Part shown: one piece after another, positions 49,640 through 59,668 of the stretch
How positions within the stretch are numbered: position 1 is the stretch's first letter
How the letters are laid out: the number at the start of each line of letters is the position of its first letter
Origin: Acidimicrobiia bacterium
Lineage (GTDB): Bacteria > Actinomycetota > Acidimicrobiia > Spongiisociales > ZC4RG35
Direction: 5' to 3'
NCBI GenBank assembly: GCA_965214265.1
Contig: CBDCBK010000010.1
Coordinates: forward strand, 281,369 to 345,368
DNA length: 64,000 nt
Made by a program: the position numbers and the translations under genes
Notes under the pieces: model-generated
What the model saw: only the letters and a program-made list of their open reading frames with translations
Databases searched by the model: none
What the model was told of the DNA's origin: nothing

Positions 49640-50701
49640 TTAGCTCTCGTCACCGGTGTCGGAGCGCATCCTCTTCTGGGCTCGGCGGGAGCCCTCCAGC
49701 ACCACATTGAACAGTTTTTCGATGTGCTCCGGATCGAGTTGATTGAGGGCGGCCTCTTCTCTCACCACTTCCAACAACTCTTCTTCCCGGTGGGGAATCA
49801 GTACTGGCCAACCCTGGTCGGCCTTGGCGCGGCCGATCTCCAGAGAAAGCCTCCGCCTCCGGGCCAACAGTCGGACGATTTCCCGATCGACCAGGTCGAT
49901 GCGGGAACGGAGCCGGCTGATTCCCAACTGCATCATCAGTTCGGCGAACTCCGTCAGGTCCAACTGACGAGGACCTTCGGTTTTGGCCGCTTCGGGGTGA
50001 GAGTGGACCTCCACGATCAATCCGTCCGACCCCACTCCCTGAGCGGCTAGGGCAAGGGGCGGAACCCGATCCGCGCCGCCGGAGGCATGACTGGGATCGA
50101 TCAGCACCGGGAGATGTGACTTTTCCTTCAGATCGGGAACGGCGGTGATGTCCAAGGTGTCGCGATGGCCCGTTCCAAAGGTTCGGATGCCCCGCTCCAC
50201 CAGAATGATCTGATCGTTCCCCTCCGCCATCAGATACTCCACCGACCACAGAAACTCGTCAATGGTGGCCGATGGGCTGCGTCTGAGCATCACAGGCTTT
50301 TGGGAACGACCGGCGACGCGCAACAACTCGAAATTCTGCATCGACCCATGGTGGATCTCCAAGAGGTCCACCAATTCTCCTGACTCCTCCAGGTCACGCT
50401 CCTCCGTGATGGGCATGGCTACCGGCAATTCCACCCGTTTTCCGGCAGCCGCCAGGAGTTTTGCTCCCTCCAACTTCATACCCCGGAAGGAATAGGGAGA
50501 ATTGCCTGACCGGTAGGCCGCGGCTCGCAGAATGGAACCCCCACTGTCGGCCACTGCCTCGGCCACGGTGTTGATCTGGCATTCGCTCTCCACCGCGCAG
50601 GGACCGGCAATCACCGGAAATGGATCCCGACCGAACCTGGTATCCCCCACCTGCACCACAGTGCGCTGCGATCGGCTTGCTTTGGTTGCTTGTCTCTCCA
50701 C
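49640..50701 (-). CDS. Bifunctional DAHP synthase (type I-beta) with a C-terminal AroQ chorismate mutase domain
   Basis: The DAHP synthase core is PFPVIAGPCAVES...LIDPSH and the C-terminus is LRSRIDLVDREIVRLLARRRRLSLEIG. The start is placed after the terminator hairpin. Confidence 0.75.
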   Translation of the reverse strand: MERQATKASRSQRTVVQVGDTRFGRDPFPVIAGPCAVESECQINTVAEAVADSGGSILRAAAYRSGNSPYSFRGMKLEGAKLLAAAGKRVELPVAMPITEERDLEESGELVDLLEIHHGSMQNFELLRVAGRSQKPVMLRRSPSATIDEFLWSVEYLMAEGNDQIILVERGIRTFGTGHRDTLDITAVPDLKEKSHLPVLIDPSHASGGADRVPPLALAAQGVGSDGLIVEVHSHPEAAKTEGPRQLDLTEFAELMMQLGISRLRSRIDLVDREIVRLLARRRRLSLEIGRAKADQGWPVLIPHREEELLEVVREEAALNQLDPEHIEKLFNVVLEGSRRAQKRMRSDTGDES

Positions 50702-50741
50702 TGACACACCTCTTCGTTTTATTGCTGTGAGGAACCGGCGA

Positions 50742-50769
50742 CTTCGGGCAAAAGAAAACCCGGAGCCGG
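50742..50769 (-). terminator. Rho-independent terminator downstream of lgt
   Basis: The minus-strand hairpin CCCGGAGCC-C-GGCUCCGGG is followed by a UUUUCUUUU run. Confidence 0.5.
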
Positions 50770-50882
50770 GCTCCGGGTCAGGCAAGTTCGGTCGGTACTG
50801 GTCTTTCGCTACGCCCTCCGGAGTTGGGCCCCGGTAAAGACGAAATAGCGTTCGAACCTTTCTTCCAACATTACGGGGGATG

Positions 50883-51809
50883 CTACTCCGTTCCCGGCGG
50901 CTGGTCAAAATAGTTCACGGTCGGTGGATCTTCCCCGGCCGTGACCGGAGAATCCGCTCCCAGACTCTCATCCACCTCGGATGAAACCATCGGCTGACGC
51001 TTCCCGAACCACCACAAGAGAGCTGCTCCCAGAACTGCTCCGCCCAGAGCGCTCACCTGGTTCCAGGTGAGGGCGCCGATGGTGGCATCTCCCATTCCGA
51101 ACCGGAGAGAGTCCAACCCGAAACGCTGCAGGCCGTACCACACTATCCAGACCGAAAAGAGCTGCCCGTATCGCAGCGGCGCCCGACGGTAGATCAGCCA
51201 CAACACCGCCAGCAGCACCCCGGCGCACAGCATGTCATAGAGGGCGACGTGGTGATAGATCCCACAAATCCCGTCCGGACCGGCCTCGGCGAGGGTGCAC
51301 TCCAACCGATTGTGCTGGGGCGCCAGGTCGTAGCCGGGGCGGACCTCATACCCCCACGCCGCCTGGGTGGCCCGACCCAGGTGCTCGACTATGGCAAGAT
51401 CCCCGATCCTTCCCACCACCGTACCCATCGCCAAACCGAAGGCGGCCAAATCCAAAATAGGCAGGAGCGGCAGCCCGAAACGACGCATCCTCCAAACTCC
51501 CACCACGATCCCCCCCACGAATCCTCCCATGATGGAGTAGCTGCCGACCACCGGGTTGAGCGCCGCCCATCCCGCCCCATCCAACAAGGCGGCCGGGGCG
51601 GTCAGATAGCGGGCACCCAAGAGCCCGCCGACCAGTAACCAGACCGCCAAAGAATGGAAGCCGTCCGGGTCAAAGCCTCTTCGTTCCAGCAAGCGGGCCA
51701 CCAGCCAAAATCCCGCGAAGAAACCTACCGCGGCAAAAACCCCGTGCAGGGAGAACAGCAAGGGCCCGACTTCCCACACCGGAATCGGAGGATAGGCGAT
51801 GGTCGCCAT
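50883..51809 (-). CDS. lgt: Prolipoprotein diacylglyceryl transferase
   Basis: It has an Lgt-typical glycine-rich TM architecture and the YGxxRF region. Confidence 0.8.
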   Translation of the reverse strand: MATIAYPPIPVWEVGPLLFSLHGVFAAVGFFAGFWLVARLLERRGFDPDGFHSLAVWLLVGGLLGARYLTAPAALLDGAGWAALNPVVGSYSIMGGFVGGIVVGVWRMRRFGLPLLPILDLAAFGLAMGTVVGRIGDLAIVEHLGRATQAAWGYEVRPGYDLAPQHNRLECTLAEAGPDGICGIYHHVALYDMLCAGVLLAVLWLIYRRAPLRYGQLFSVWIVWYGLQRFGLDSLRFGMGDATIGALTWNQVSALGGAVLGAALLWWFGKRQPMVSSEVDESLGADSPVTAGEDPPTVNYFDQPPGTE

Positions 51810-52018
51810 CAGCCGACAAGCCTACCAGGAGCCGGAGGGCAGTTCTGAACTCGGCACCGGTCCGAGCGCTCCAATGGGAACCGCCTTCGCTTCGTCTTCA
51901 CAGCCTCTGGACTAACGCCCTGTGGTTAGGGCCAGATTGGGAAGAACAGGGCGGGATCGTATCATCTGGCGTATATGATCTGGCGGCACGTCACGCGGCT
52001 CATACGACCCTTCATCAA

Positions 52019-53053
52019 ATGGGGGTCGTTGGCTGCATTAACGGTTTTAGCCTTGCCGCCTGCAGCCTGGTAGAGATCGAGGATGCTCCTCTGACCACCT
52101 TCGAGCCCGCCGGTCCCTTCGCCGAGAGGATCGATGCCCTCTTCTGGCAGGTGTTTTGGATTGCGGCGGTGATATTCGTGGTGGTGGAGGGAGGGATCCT
52201 TCTCATCGTTTTCCTCTTTCGAGACAGGGAAGGACGCAAAGAACCCCGCCAGATCCACGGCAACCACAAGCTGGAAATCACCTGGACCATTATTCCCGCC
52301 CTGATACTGACCGTGATCGCCGTGCCGACGGTCAGGGCAGTGTTCGACCTGACCGAATGCGGCGACGATGCCATGGCTGTGGAGATAATCGGGCATCAAT
52401 GGTGGTTCGAGTATCGATATCCCGACCACGGGATCGAGTCGGCCAACGTCCTGGTGATCCCCGTCGACCAGGAGGTCTGCGCCTACATGACCTCAGCCGA
52501 TGTCCTTCACAACTTCTGGGTTCCCCACCTGATGGGCAAGCGCTATCTGGTTCCCGGCCAAGAAACCACCTTGAGACTGCAGGCGGACGAGCCCGCCGAG
52601 TACTGGGGACACTGTGGCGAGTTCTGCGGGCTTTCCCATTCGCTGATGCGGGCCAGGGTGATCTCGATGACCCAGGCCGACTTCGACGCCTGGGCGGCCT
52701 CCCAGCAGCAGTATGCCATCCCGTTCGAGCCGGACACCCCGGCCGCCGCCGGATTCAAGGTCTACCAGGAACAAGGGTGCACGCAATGTCACACCGTTAA
52801 CTACGGGCCGGATTATCAGGGCACCAACCTGGTGGCGGATGACCTCTACAACGGGCCGAACCTGACCCATTTCGCCTCCCGGGGGGTGTTCGCCGGCGCC
52901 GCCCTGCCGCGGGGTAACCAGACCCGATCCGACGGACTGAGGGAGTGGCTAACCAACCCGCCGGGGGTCAAGCCCGGATCGTTCATGCCCAACCTGGATC
53001 TCACCTACCAGGAGATAGAAGATCTGATCGTCTGGCTGGATACTCTGCAGTGA
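52019..53053 (+). CDS. ctaC: Cytochrome c oxidase subunit II with a fused cytochrome c domain (caa3-type)
   Basis: The CuA region is HCGEFCGLSHSLM and the C-terminal heme site is CTQCH. Confidence 0.85.
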   Translation: MGVVGCINGFSLAACSLVEIEDAPLTTFEPAGPFAERIDALFWQVFWIAAVIFVVVEGGILLIVFLFRDREGRKEPRQIHGNHKLEITWTIIPALILTVIAVPTVRAVFDLTECGDDAMAVEIIGHQWWFEYRYPDHGIESANVLVIPVDQEVCAYMTSADVLHNFWVPHLMGKRYLVPGQETTLRLQADEPAEYWGHCGEFCGLSHSLMRARVISMTQADFDAWAASQQQYAIPFEPDTPAAAGFKVYQEQGCTQCHTVNYGPDYQGTNLVADDLYNGPNLTHFASRGVFAGAALPRGNQTRSDGLREWLTNPPGVKPGSFMPNLDLTYQEIEDLIVWLDTLQ

Positions 53054-53127
53054 ACATAAACTTGCTTTTTGCCCAACTTGCCCGCAAAGGAGATCCTCTC
53101 CATGGTCTTTAGGCCGGAGTTCCCCTT

Positions 53128-55140
53128 ATGACAACTACCGCCGAGCGCCGTCCCGCCGTAACCATCTTCCGCAGGCCCCGAGCCACCACCGGATTCTGGG
53201 CTTGGGTTACGACCGCCGATCACAAAAAGATCGGGATCATGTATGGCTACGCCGCCTTCATCTTCTTTTTGGTCGGCGGAGTCGAGGCCCTTTTGCTGCG
53301 TATCCAGCTCTCGGGGGCCGACAACACCTTTCTGACCGCCGCCGAATACAATGCGGCCTTCACCATGCACGGCACCACCATGGTGTTTCTCTTCGTGATG
53401 CCCATCTCGGCCTCCTTCATGAACTATCTCCTCCCGCTGATGATCGGTGCTCGCGATGTCGCCTTTCCCCGGATGAACGCCCTGTCGTGGTGGATTTTCC
53501 TCTTTGGAGGGATCTTTCTGTATTCGGTGCTCCTGTTCAGCGACCCCACCGCCCCGGTAGGTGTGCAGGGGGTGGCGGGGAACCTCGACCCGGGCGACAA
53601 CACCATCCTGGGCGGGATGCCCGACGGGGGATGGTTCGGGTATCAACCCAACGCCGGGCCGTTCTATTCTCCGGGCACGGCCATGGACTTTTGGGCGCTG
53701 GGCGTCCAATTCCTGGGCGTGGCCTCGCTCATCTCGGCGGTCAATTTCATCGTCACCATCTTCAATATGCGGGCGGTGGGCATGCGGCTATTGCGGATGC
53801 CGGTGTTCGTATGGATGAGCATGGTGGTGGCGTTCCTGCTGCTCTTCTCGCTTCCCATCATCGCCATCGCCCTGTTCATGGTCACCTTCGACCGCCAGTT
53901 CGGGAGCCTGTTCTTCGTGGCGGAGGCGGGGGGCGACCCCATCTTGTGGCAGCACCTGTTCTGGCTGTTCGGTCATCCCGAGGTCTACATTTTGATCCTT
54001 CCGGCAATGGGCATCGTCTCCGAGGTCTTGCCGGTGTTCAGCCGAAAACCGCTGTTCGGCTATGCGGCGGTGGTATTCGCCGGATCGGCCATCGCCTTCA
54101 TGGGATTCGGTGTCTGGGCGCATCACATGCTCTCATCGGGAATCAGTCCGGTGGCCCAGGCCGCGTTCGGCATCTCCACCATGGCCATCGCCGTGCCCAC
54201 CGGCGTCAAGATCTTCAACTGGATGGGCACCATGTGGGGGGGCCGAATACGTTTTACCAGTTCAATGTTGTTCGCGATCGGTTTCGTGGCGATGTTCGTC
54301 ATCGGCGGGCTTTCGGGGGTGACCCACGCCATCGTTCCCTCCGACTGGCAACAGACCGACACCTACTACATCGTGGCCCACTTTCACTACGTGCTGTTCG
54401 GAGGATCGGTGTTCGGTATCTTCTCCGGCCTCTACTACTGGTTCCCCAAGATCACCGGCCGACTGCTCAACGAACGACTGGGCAAGATCCACTTCTGGAC
54501 CATGTTCGCCGGCTTCAATCTCACCTTTGCCCCCATGCACTGGCTGGGCCTGCAAGGCATGGTCAGACGCACCGCCTATTACCCGCCCGAGGCGGGGTTC
54601 GACTTCTGGAACCTTGTGGCCACCGTGGGAGCCTTTGTCATAGCGTCCGGAGTTCTGTTCTTCATGTACAACTGGTGGCGTTCCAAGCGACACGGCGAAC
54701 CCTCGGGAATCGACCCCTGGGACGCCCGCACCATTGAGTGGACGACTCCCAACCCCACTCCTGAATACAACTTCGGAGTGGCGCCCACCGTCACCTCTCT
54801 CGATAATTTCTGGCACAGAAAGTACGACGAGGACTCCGAGGGGCGTCCGGTGCGGAGAGCGGACGCCGAGGAGACACTCACCGAGTTGGTGGAAACGGGA
54901 ATCAACCCTCCCAAACCCATACATCTTCCCGCTCCCTCCTACTACCCGGTGCTGTTCGCGTCGGGAGTGCCCCTGGTGGGCTGGGGGATCATCTTCCACA
55001 CCTCGTTGGTGGGCAAGCTCCTGATCTTGGTGGGAGTGCTGGTGTTGGCCTCTGCCGCCTTCGGCTGGAGCATGGAACCCCTCGAAGAACCCCATGACGA
55101 CCGTGATCACTCCGACGATTTTCCGGCCGCCGGTTATTGA
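53128..55140 (+). CDS. ctaD: Cytochrome c oxidase subunit I with a ~100-aa C-terminal two-TM extension
   Basis: It is 670 aa with the canonical His ligands. Confidence 0.9.
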   Translation: MTTTAERRPAVTIFRRPRATTGFWAWVTTADHKKIGIMYGYAAFIFFLVGGVEALLLRIQLSGADNTFLTAAEYNAAFTMHGTTMVFLFVMPISASFMNYLLPLMIGARDVAFPRMNALSWWIFLFGGIFLYSVLLFSDPTAPVGVQGVAGNLDPGDNTILGGMPDGGWFGYQPNAGPFYSPGTAMDFWALGVQFLGVASLISAVNFIVTIFNMRAVGMRLLRMPVFVWMSMVVAFLLLFSLPIIAIALFMVTFDRQFGSLFFVAEAGGDPILWQHLFWLFGHPEVYILILPAMGIVSEVLPVFSRKPLFGYAAVVFAGSAIAFMGFGVWAHHMLSSGISPVAQAAFGISTMAIAVPTGVKIFNWMGTMWGGRIRFTSSMLFAIGFVAMFVIGGLSGVTHAIVPSDWQQTDTYYIVAHFHYVLFGGSVFGIFSGLYYWFPKITGRLLNERLGKIHFWTMFAGFNLTFAPMHWLGLQGMVRRTAYYPPEAGFDFWNLVATVGAFVIASGVLFFMYNWWRSKRHGEPSGIDPWDARTIEWTTPNPTPEYNFGVAPTVTSLDNFWHRKYDEDSEGRPVRRADAEETLTELVETGINPPKPIHLPAPSYYPVLFASGVPLVGWGIIFHTSLVGKLLILVGVLVLASAAFGWSMEPLEEPHDDRDHSDDFPAAGY

Positions 55141-55152
55141 GGTAGGCGTCTG

Positions 55153-55776
55153 ATGGAGGCAACCGACACGATGGACCACCACGATCAGCACGAGTCGACC
55201 GGCATCGACCACCGCAAGCTGGGAATGTGGGTGTTTCTCAGCTCCGAGTTCCTGTTCTTCGGCGCCCTCATCACCAACTACCTCCTCTATCAGGGTAAAG
55301 CGGGCTTCGCCCGGCCCTACCCGGCGGAGATCTATGACATTCCCTTCACCTCTTTTTCCTCTTTCGCCCTGTTGATGAGCTCCCTGACCATGGTCCTGGC
55401 TCACAATGCCCTGGCCCGCAGCGACCAACACGCCACCCGCACCTGGCTGTTGGCCACCGCCATGCTGGGCTCGGTGTTCCTGGGAGGACAGGTCTTCGAG
55501 TTCACGGAGTTCATAACCGTCTACGGGATGAAGCTGACCACCAACCCGGCTGCCTCCGCCTTCTTTATGCTTACCGGTTTCCACGGGTTCCATGTCCTGT
55601 TGGGGGTTTTGATGCTGCTCACCCTCTTTGGGATCTCCCGCCGACAGGGCGGGCTCTCGGAAGCCTCGGGTTTGAGCCTGGAACTGGTGGGTCTCTACTG
55701 GCACTTCGTCGACATCATCTGGATCGTGATCTTCACTGTGGTCTACCTGTTGGCCGACGCTCCTGTGGCGGGTTGA
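55153..55776 (+). CDS. ctaE: Cytochrome c oxidase subunit III
   Basis: It is 207 aa with a subunit III helix pattern. Confidence 0.8.
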   Translation: MEATDTMDHHDQHESTGIDHRKLGMWVFLSSEFLFFGALITNYLLYQGKAGFARPYPAEIYDIPFTSFSSFALLMSSLTMVLAHNALARSDQHATRTWLLATAMLGSVFLGGQVFEFTEFITVYGMKLTTNPAASAFFMLTGFHGFHVLLGVLMLLTLFGISRRQGGLSEASGLSLELVGLYWHFVDIIWIVIFTVVYLLADAPVAG

Positions 55777-56090
55777 CCATGGCTGACGCGGCCGGGCATC
55801 ACCATCCCACGCCCCTCCAATATGTGAAGATCGCCGTCCTTTTGGCGGTGCTCACCGTCTTCGAGGTGGCCCTGTTCTACATCAACGAAGCCGCTGACAT
55901 GGGCGGCTGGGATGCGCCGCTTCTAATCTTCCTGGCTCTCTTGAAGTTTGTGATCGTGGTGGGGTGGTACATGCATCTGCGTTTTGAAAGCTCCACCCTC
56001 TCCCGATTTTTCACTTTCGGTTTCGTGCTGGCGCTGACTCTTTATGCGGTGCTGCTGCTGATTTTCGGCGTTATAGCGCTGGGAACCTGA
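55773..56090 (+). CDS. Cytochrome c oxidase subunit IV (CtaF/prokaryotic subunit IV family)
   Basis: It is 105 aa and hydrophobic, with an HHHPTPLQY N-terminus. An ATGA overlap couples it with ctaE. Confidence 0.6.
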   Translation: MTMADAAGHHHPTPLQYVKIAVLLAVLTVFEVALFYINEAADMGGWDAPLLIFLALLKFVIVVGWYMHLRFESSTLSRFFTFGFVLALTLYAVLLLIFGVIALGT

Positions 56091-56094
56091 AACC

Positions 56095-56907
56095 TTGCCC
56101 CCCTGGCACCCTCACTGGGATGTCCTGGCGGTGGTCGGGGGGTTGGGGGTGGCTTATCTTTACTCCGACCTCCGACTACGTACGCTGGTCGCCCCCAACC
56201 GGCCGGCCGCCACGTCCCGCCAGCGCGGACTGTGGTTCGGGGCGCTGGCGATACTCGCCGTCAGTTCCAGCTGGCCTTTCCACGACCTGGCAGAACAAGT
56301 GTTATTCAGCCTCCACATGACAGAGCACATCATCATCGCGCTGATAGTCCCCCCTCTGTTGCTGATGGGAATCCCGCGCTGGATGGCGGATCATCTCCTG
56401 GGCTCCTCCTCGTTCCTGGCGGTGCTGCGTAGGCTCTGTCGGCCGCTGCCAACGTTTTTTCTGTTTCATCTGAGCCTGGCGGGATTGCACTGGCCGCCCG
56501 TTGTGGAAGCGATGGTTACCTCGGATCTCATCCACTTCGCGGCCCACAGTTGGCTGTTCACGGTGGCGATACTGATGTGGACTCCGGTGGTGAGCCCCAC
56601 TCCACTGATTCCCCGGCTGAATCCGCCCCTGCGAATGCTGCTCCTGTTCTGTCACTCCATCATTCCCACCGTTCCCGCCTCGTTTTTGACCTTCGGCCGG
56701 ACCCCTCTCTATCCGGCCTATATCGATTCGGCGGCCCACCTCGGGATTTCGACCATCACCGATCAGCAGGTGGCCGGGCTGATAATGAAGCTGGGAGGTG
56801 GTTTGCTCCTGTGGGGAACGATTCTCGTGATCTGGTTCAAATGGATCAGCGCCGAGCGGGCCCGGGATTCAATAGAGCGAGACTTGCTTCGCTCGTCTAT
56901 CAGTTAG
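56095..56907 (+). CDS. Caa3-type oxidase assembly factor CtaG family membrane protein
   Basis: It is 270 aa and polytopic, with His motifs (HMTEH). It lies directly after the cox genes. Confidence 0.55.
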   Translation: MPPWHPHWDVLAVVGGLGVAYLYSDLRLRTLVAPNRPAATSRQRGLWFGALAILAVSSSWPFHDLAEQVLFSLHMTEHIIIALIVPPLLLMGIPRWMADHLLGSSSFLAVLRRLCRPLPTFFLFHLSLAGLHWPPVVEAMVTSDLIHFAAHSWLFTVAILMWTPVVSPTPLIPRLNPPLRMLLLFCHSIIPTVPASFLTFGRTPLYPAYIDSAAHLGISTITDQQVAGLIMKLGGGLLLWGTILVIWFKWISAERARDSIERDLLRSSIS

Positions 56908-58102
56908 AGGCGATCAACTCGATAGCCTCGGCTTCCCCTGCATGGTCTTCCTCTGGTTCGGCATGCCCCGCACCCTGGGTGTTGAGTACCGCCACCAGAA
57001 TGAAAACGACCACCCCTATGCCAGCCGCCGCCAAGAGGAACTCCCCCCGGGTTATCCGCATCCCCGGTCGGGAAGCTGAAAGCGCGGCAAAGGTGAGGAT
57101 GCTGGCGGCCACCACCGATCCCATGATCGGCGCCCAGCCGGGAAAGCTCAAGAAGAGATATGCGGCGGGCAACACGAACAAAGCGATCGTAACCACCCCC
57201 GTTACGGGAAGGGCTATGGCAGAAGCCAACCGGAACCTCACCACCTCCGCTTCCTCGCCCTCGGCGCCGGACATACCCTCGGGAACGCCCAGCACCTGTG
57301 AGAGCTGACCCACCGCCCAGCCCAGGACAGCCCCGGCCGCTACCACCACCAGAATGGCGGCCATCACCGATACCTCCACCTCTTCGGCGCCGGGCGACTC
57401 CGTCCCGAACATTCCCACCGCAACTCCACCTGCTGCAGCTCCAATCAGCAGGCCGGCCAGTGCGCCTCCCACCAGTATTGGCATCCGGCTGCCCTCCAGA
57501 CGCATACCCGGACCGTGCCATCCCACCGCCGCGGTGGTGAACGAAGCCAGAATCATTCCATACAACCCGAACAGGACAACCAGCGTCCCTATCGCCCAGG
57601 TCGACGTGAGCATCAGCGAAGGCGCAAAAGTTCCCTCTTCACCGAGTAGGTCGGCGCGGGCAGCCAACCAGGGTGTGAGGGCCACCACGGTTACCAGCCC
57701 GGTCACCGCACCGGCGGTCACTCCCAGCCGGCCTCCCAACCGCCGACGAACCTGAAGGGGCGCGGGGTCCACCAGCGGAGAAGGCGGTTCCTCGGCCACG
57801 GGAGCGGCGACCTCCGGCTGGACGGCAACCGCAGCCGCGGCGGGGGTTTCAACCGCAGAAGAAGGGATTTGCGGAACAGCGGGTTCGGGGGCTTTCTCCT
57901 CCAGAGCAGCCTGTTCCACCGGAGCGGGCTGGGCAGGCGCGGCGGGGGCCGGGGCAGCGGCGCCGCCTCCCCACGCCGCCAGATAGTCATCGGCGGTTCC
58001 CCCCAAAGCCTGGGCTTTCGCTTCGGCCGACCGCAGAACCAACTCCTCCGGTGCGTTGAGAACCGCCGCGGCCGCCGCCAAGAACTCACTCATATGCGCC
58101 AC
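56900..58102 (-). CDS. Hypothetical membrane protein with an N-terminal Ala/Pro-rich region
   Basis: It is 400 aa with no recognised family. Confidence 0.4.
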   Translation of the reverse strand: MAHMSEFLAAAAAVLNAPEELVLRSAEAKAQALGGTADDYLAAWGGGAAAPAPAAPAQPAPVEQAALEEKAPEPAVPQIPSSAVETPAAAAVAVQPEVAAPVAEEPPSPLVDPAPLQVRRRLGGRLGVTAGAVTGLVTVVALTPWLAARADLLGEEGTFAPSLMLTSTWAIGTLVVLFGLYGMILASFTTAAVGWHGPGMRLEGSRMPILVGGALAGLLIGAAAGGVAVGMFGTESPGAEEVEVSVMAAILVVVAAGAVLGWAVGQLSQVLGVPEGMSGAEGEEAEVVRFRLASAIALPVTGVVTIALFVLPAAYLFLSFPGWAPIMGSVVAASILTFAALSASRPGMRITRGEFLLAAAGIGVVVFILVAVLNTQGAGHAEPEEDHAGEAEAIELIASN

Positions 58103-58166
58103 CGAGGATACACATTCGGATGGGCCCCTTTTTTGCTACCGTCCCGCCAAACGCCCATGCCATGGG

Positions 58167-58325
58167 CTATTGCTTCTCACCCGAGGCCGCTTCTTCCCTC
58201 TCCTGACGACGTTGGCGCGCAAGGCGCTCCGAGCGGCGCAACAGCATTATCAAGCCCGCCAGTACCAATGCGGAAACGACAAATTCATCGGCCGAGCCCT
58301 CCCCCAGGATGTGAGCAAGAGTCAT
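58167..58325 (-). CDS. Hypothetical 52-aa single-TM small protein
   Basis: The product is MTLAHILGEGSADEFVVSALVLAGLIMLLRRSERLARQRRQEREEAASGEKQ. Its first 15 nt nearly match the start of the upstream 443-aa gene. Confidence 0.2.
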   Translation of the reverse strand: MTLAHILGEGSADEFVVSALVLAGLIMLLRRSERLARQRRQEREEAASGEKQ

Positions 58326-58327
58326 CT

Positions 58328-59659
58328 TTATCCGGAAGTAAGTGTAAAAAGGGCGGTCATCGTCAAGACCACCATCAGCGCCAGCATCGCGTACTGGGAC
58401 CGAACTGCCTTGGTGCCGGGGAAATCGACCAGCGCCCGGTCATGCGCCAGGATCACCCCGCCTACATGGCCGGCGATCACCGCCGCCAGTTGGATGTACC
58501 AGACCGCGGTGGGTGAGATCAGGGTGTAGTCAACCGCCCGGTCGGCGAGCCCGAACAGATCCCAGCCGAGATGGAAAGGATCGCCGATCGTGCTCAAAAA
58601 GAGTTGACCCTCATAGAGAACTAGGGTGAAATAATGGGCAAAAGCGTAAGCCAGGGCGATAGGGGCCAGCGCATGGGCGAAACGCATCCGCACCCGGGCA
58701 ACGCTCGTTCGGGCGTCGGACAAGGAGACCGACAACGCACAGGCCAGGTGGTAAGCCCACCCCATCAGCAAAACCACCGCCACCAATCCGAAAGTCCCCA
58801 CCAATATCTCCGCAGGCTGCCACCCCAACCCGAGGTCCCGCAATGTGTCCTCCAAGGGACCGGCCAGATTGTTACGCCAGTACGGGATTCCGCTCAGGCC
58901 GTCATAGGTGACCGTGCCGATCAAGATCACCGCCAAGGCGTCCAGTCCGGGCCGTTCGGCCACCATCGGCAGCCCCCTCAGCCAGCCGCGACGCACCAGA
59001 ACGCCCTCCCGGTTGATCCCCAGGGGCCCGATCGCTCCCATCAGATGGTTGTAGGCTCCGAACCCGTCCCAGGTGGTTAACTGTGAAGAACGGCCCCACC
59101 ATTGGATAGAGACCAGCATGTAAACGGTGTAGGCCACCGCGGCCAAGGCCAGCAGGGCCGGAATGCTCCCTACGGGCGCAACCAGCTCCCACCAGGTAAA
59201 AGCCAGGAGCACTCCCGTCGCCGGCCAGTACCCGAGCCGGTCGGCGGTTTCGGGCTTTTCCGCCTTCCCTACCCCCAGCCAGCGGGACAGGGCCCTCCAA
59301 GGGGCGATCACTTGATAAAAGTCGCCCACCAGCGCCGAAAGGAACGGGAGGACCAGCCACAGTCCCACATAGACCATGACCGGCGCCGGGTTTTCGAGCG
59401 CGTCGTCGGACCCGAAGAAGCCAGAGAGCACCAACACCGCCAGTAACACCACCGCCACCACTGAAAAGACCACTCCCCCTAGCCGCGGCCAAAAGGTGGT
59501 CTTGATCTCTCTCCCCACCGGATTCTGTAGGCGGGGCTCGTGCCAGCGCGCCGACAGCATCGCGAATGTAACCACCAGCACCGTCACTGCGGCTATGACA
59601 AAGTACAAGAGCGGAATGGGCAGATCTAGGCGACCACCGATGCCGTGCGCAAGAGTCAT
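58328..59659 (-). CDS. Hypothetical polytopic membrane protein
   Basis: It is 443 aa with about 10 TM helices and no recognised family. Confidence 0.4.
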   Translation of the reverse strand: MTLAHGIGGRLDLPIPLLYFVIAAVTVLVVTFAMLSARWHEPRLQNPVGREIKTTFWPRLGGVVFSVVAVVLLAVLVLSGFFGSDDALENPAPVMVYVGLWLVLPFLSALVGDFYQVIAPWRALSRWLGVGKAEKPETADRLGYWPATGVLLAFTWWELVAPVGSIPALLALAAVAYTVYMLVSIQWWGRSSQLTTWDGFGAYNHLMGAIGPLGINREGVLVRRGWLRGLPMVAERPGLDALAVILIGTVTYDGLSGIPYWRNNLAGPLEDTLRDLGLGWQPAEILVGTFGLVAVVLLMGWAYHLACALSVSLSDARTSVARVRMRFAHALAPIALAYAFAHYFTLVLYEGQLFLSTIGDPFHLGWDLFGLADRAVDYTLISPTAVWYIQLAAVIAGHVGGVILAHDRALVDFPGTKAVRSQYAMLALMVVLTMTALFTLTSG

Positions 59660-59668
59660 CTCCTCACC

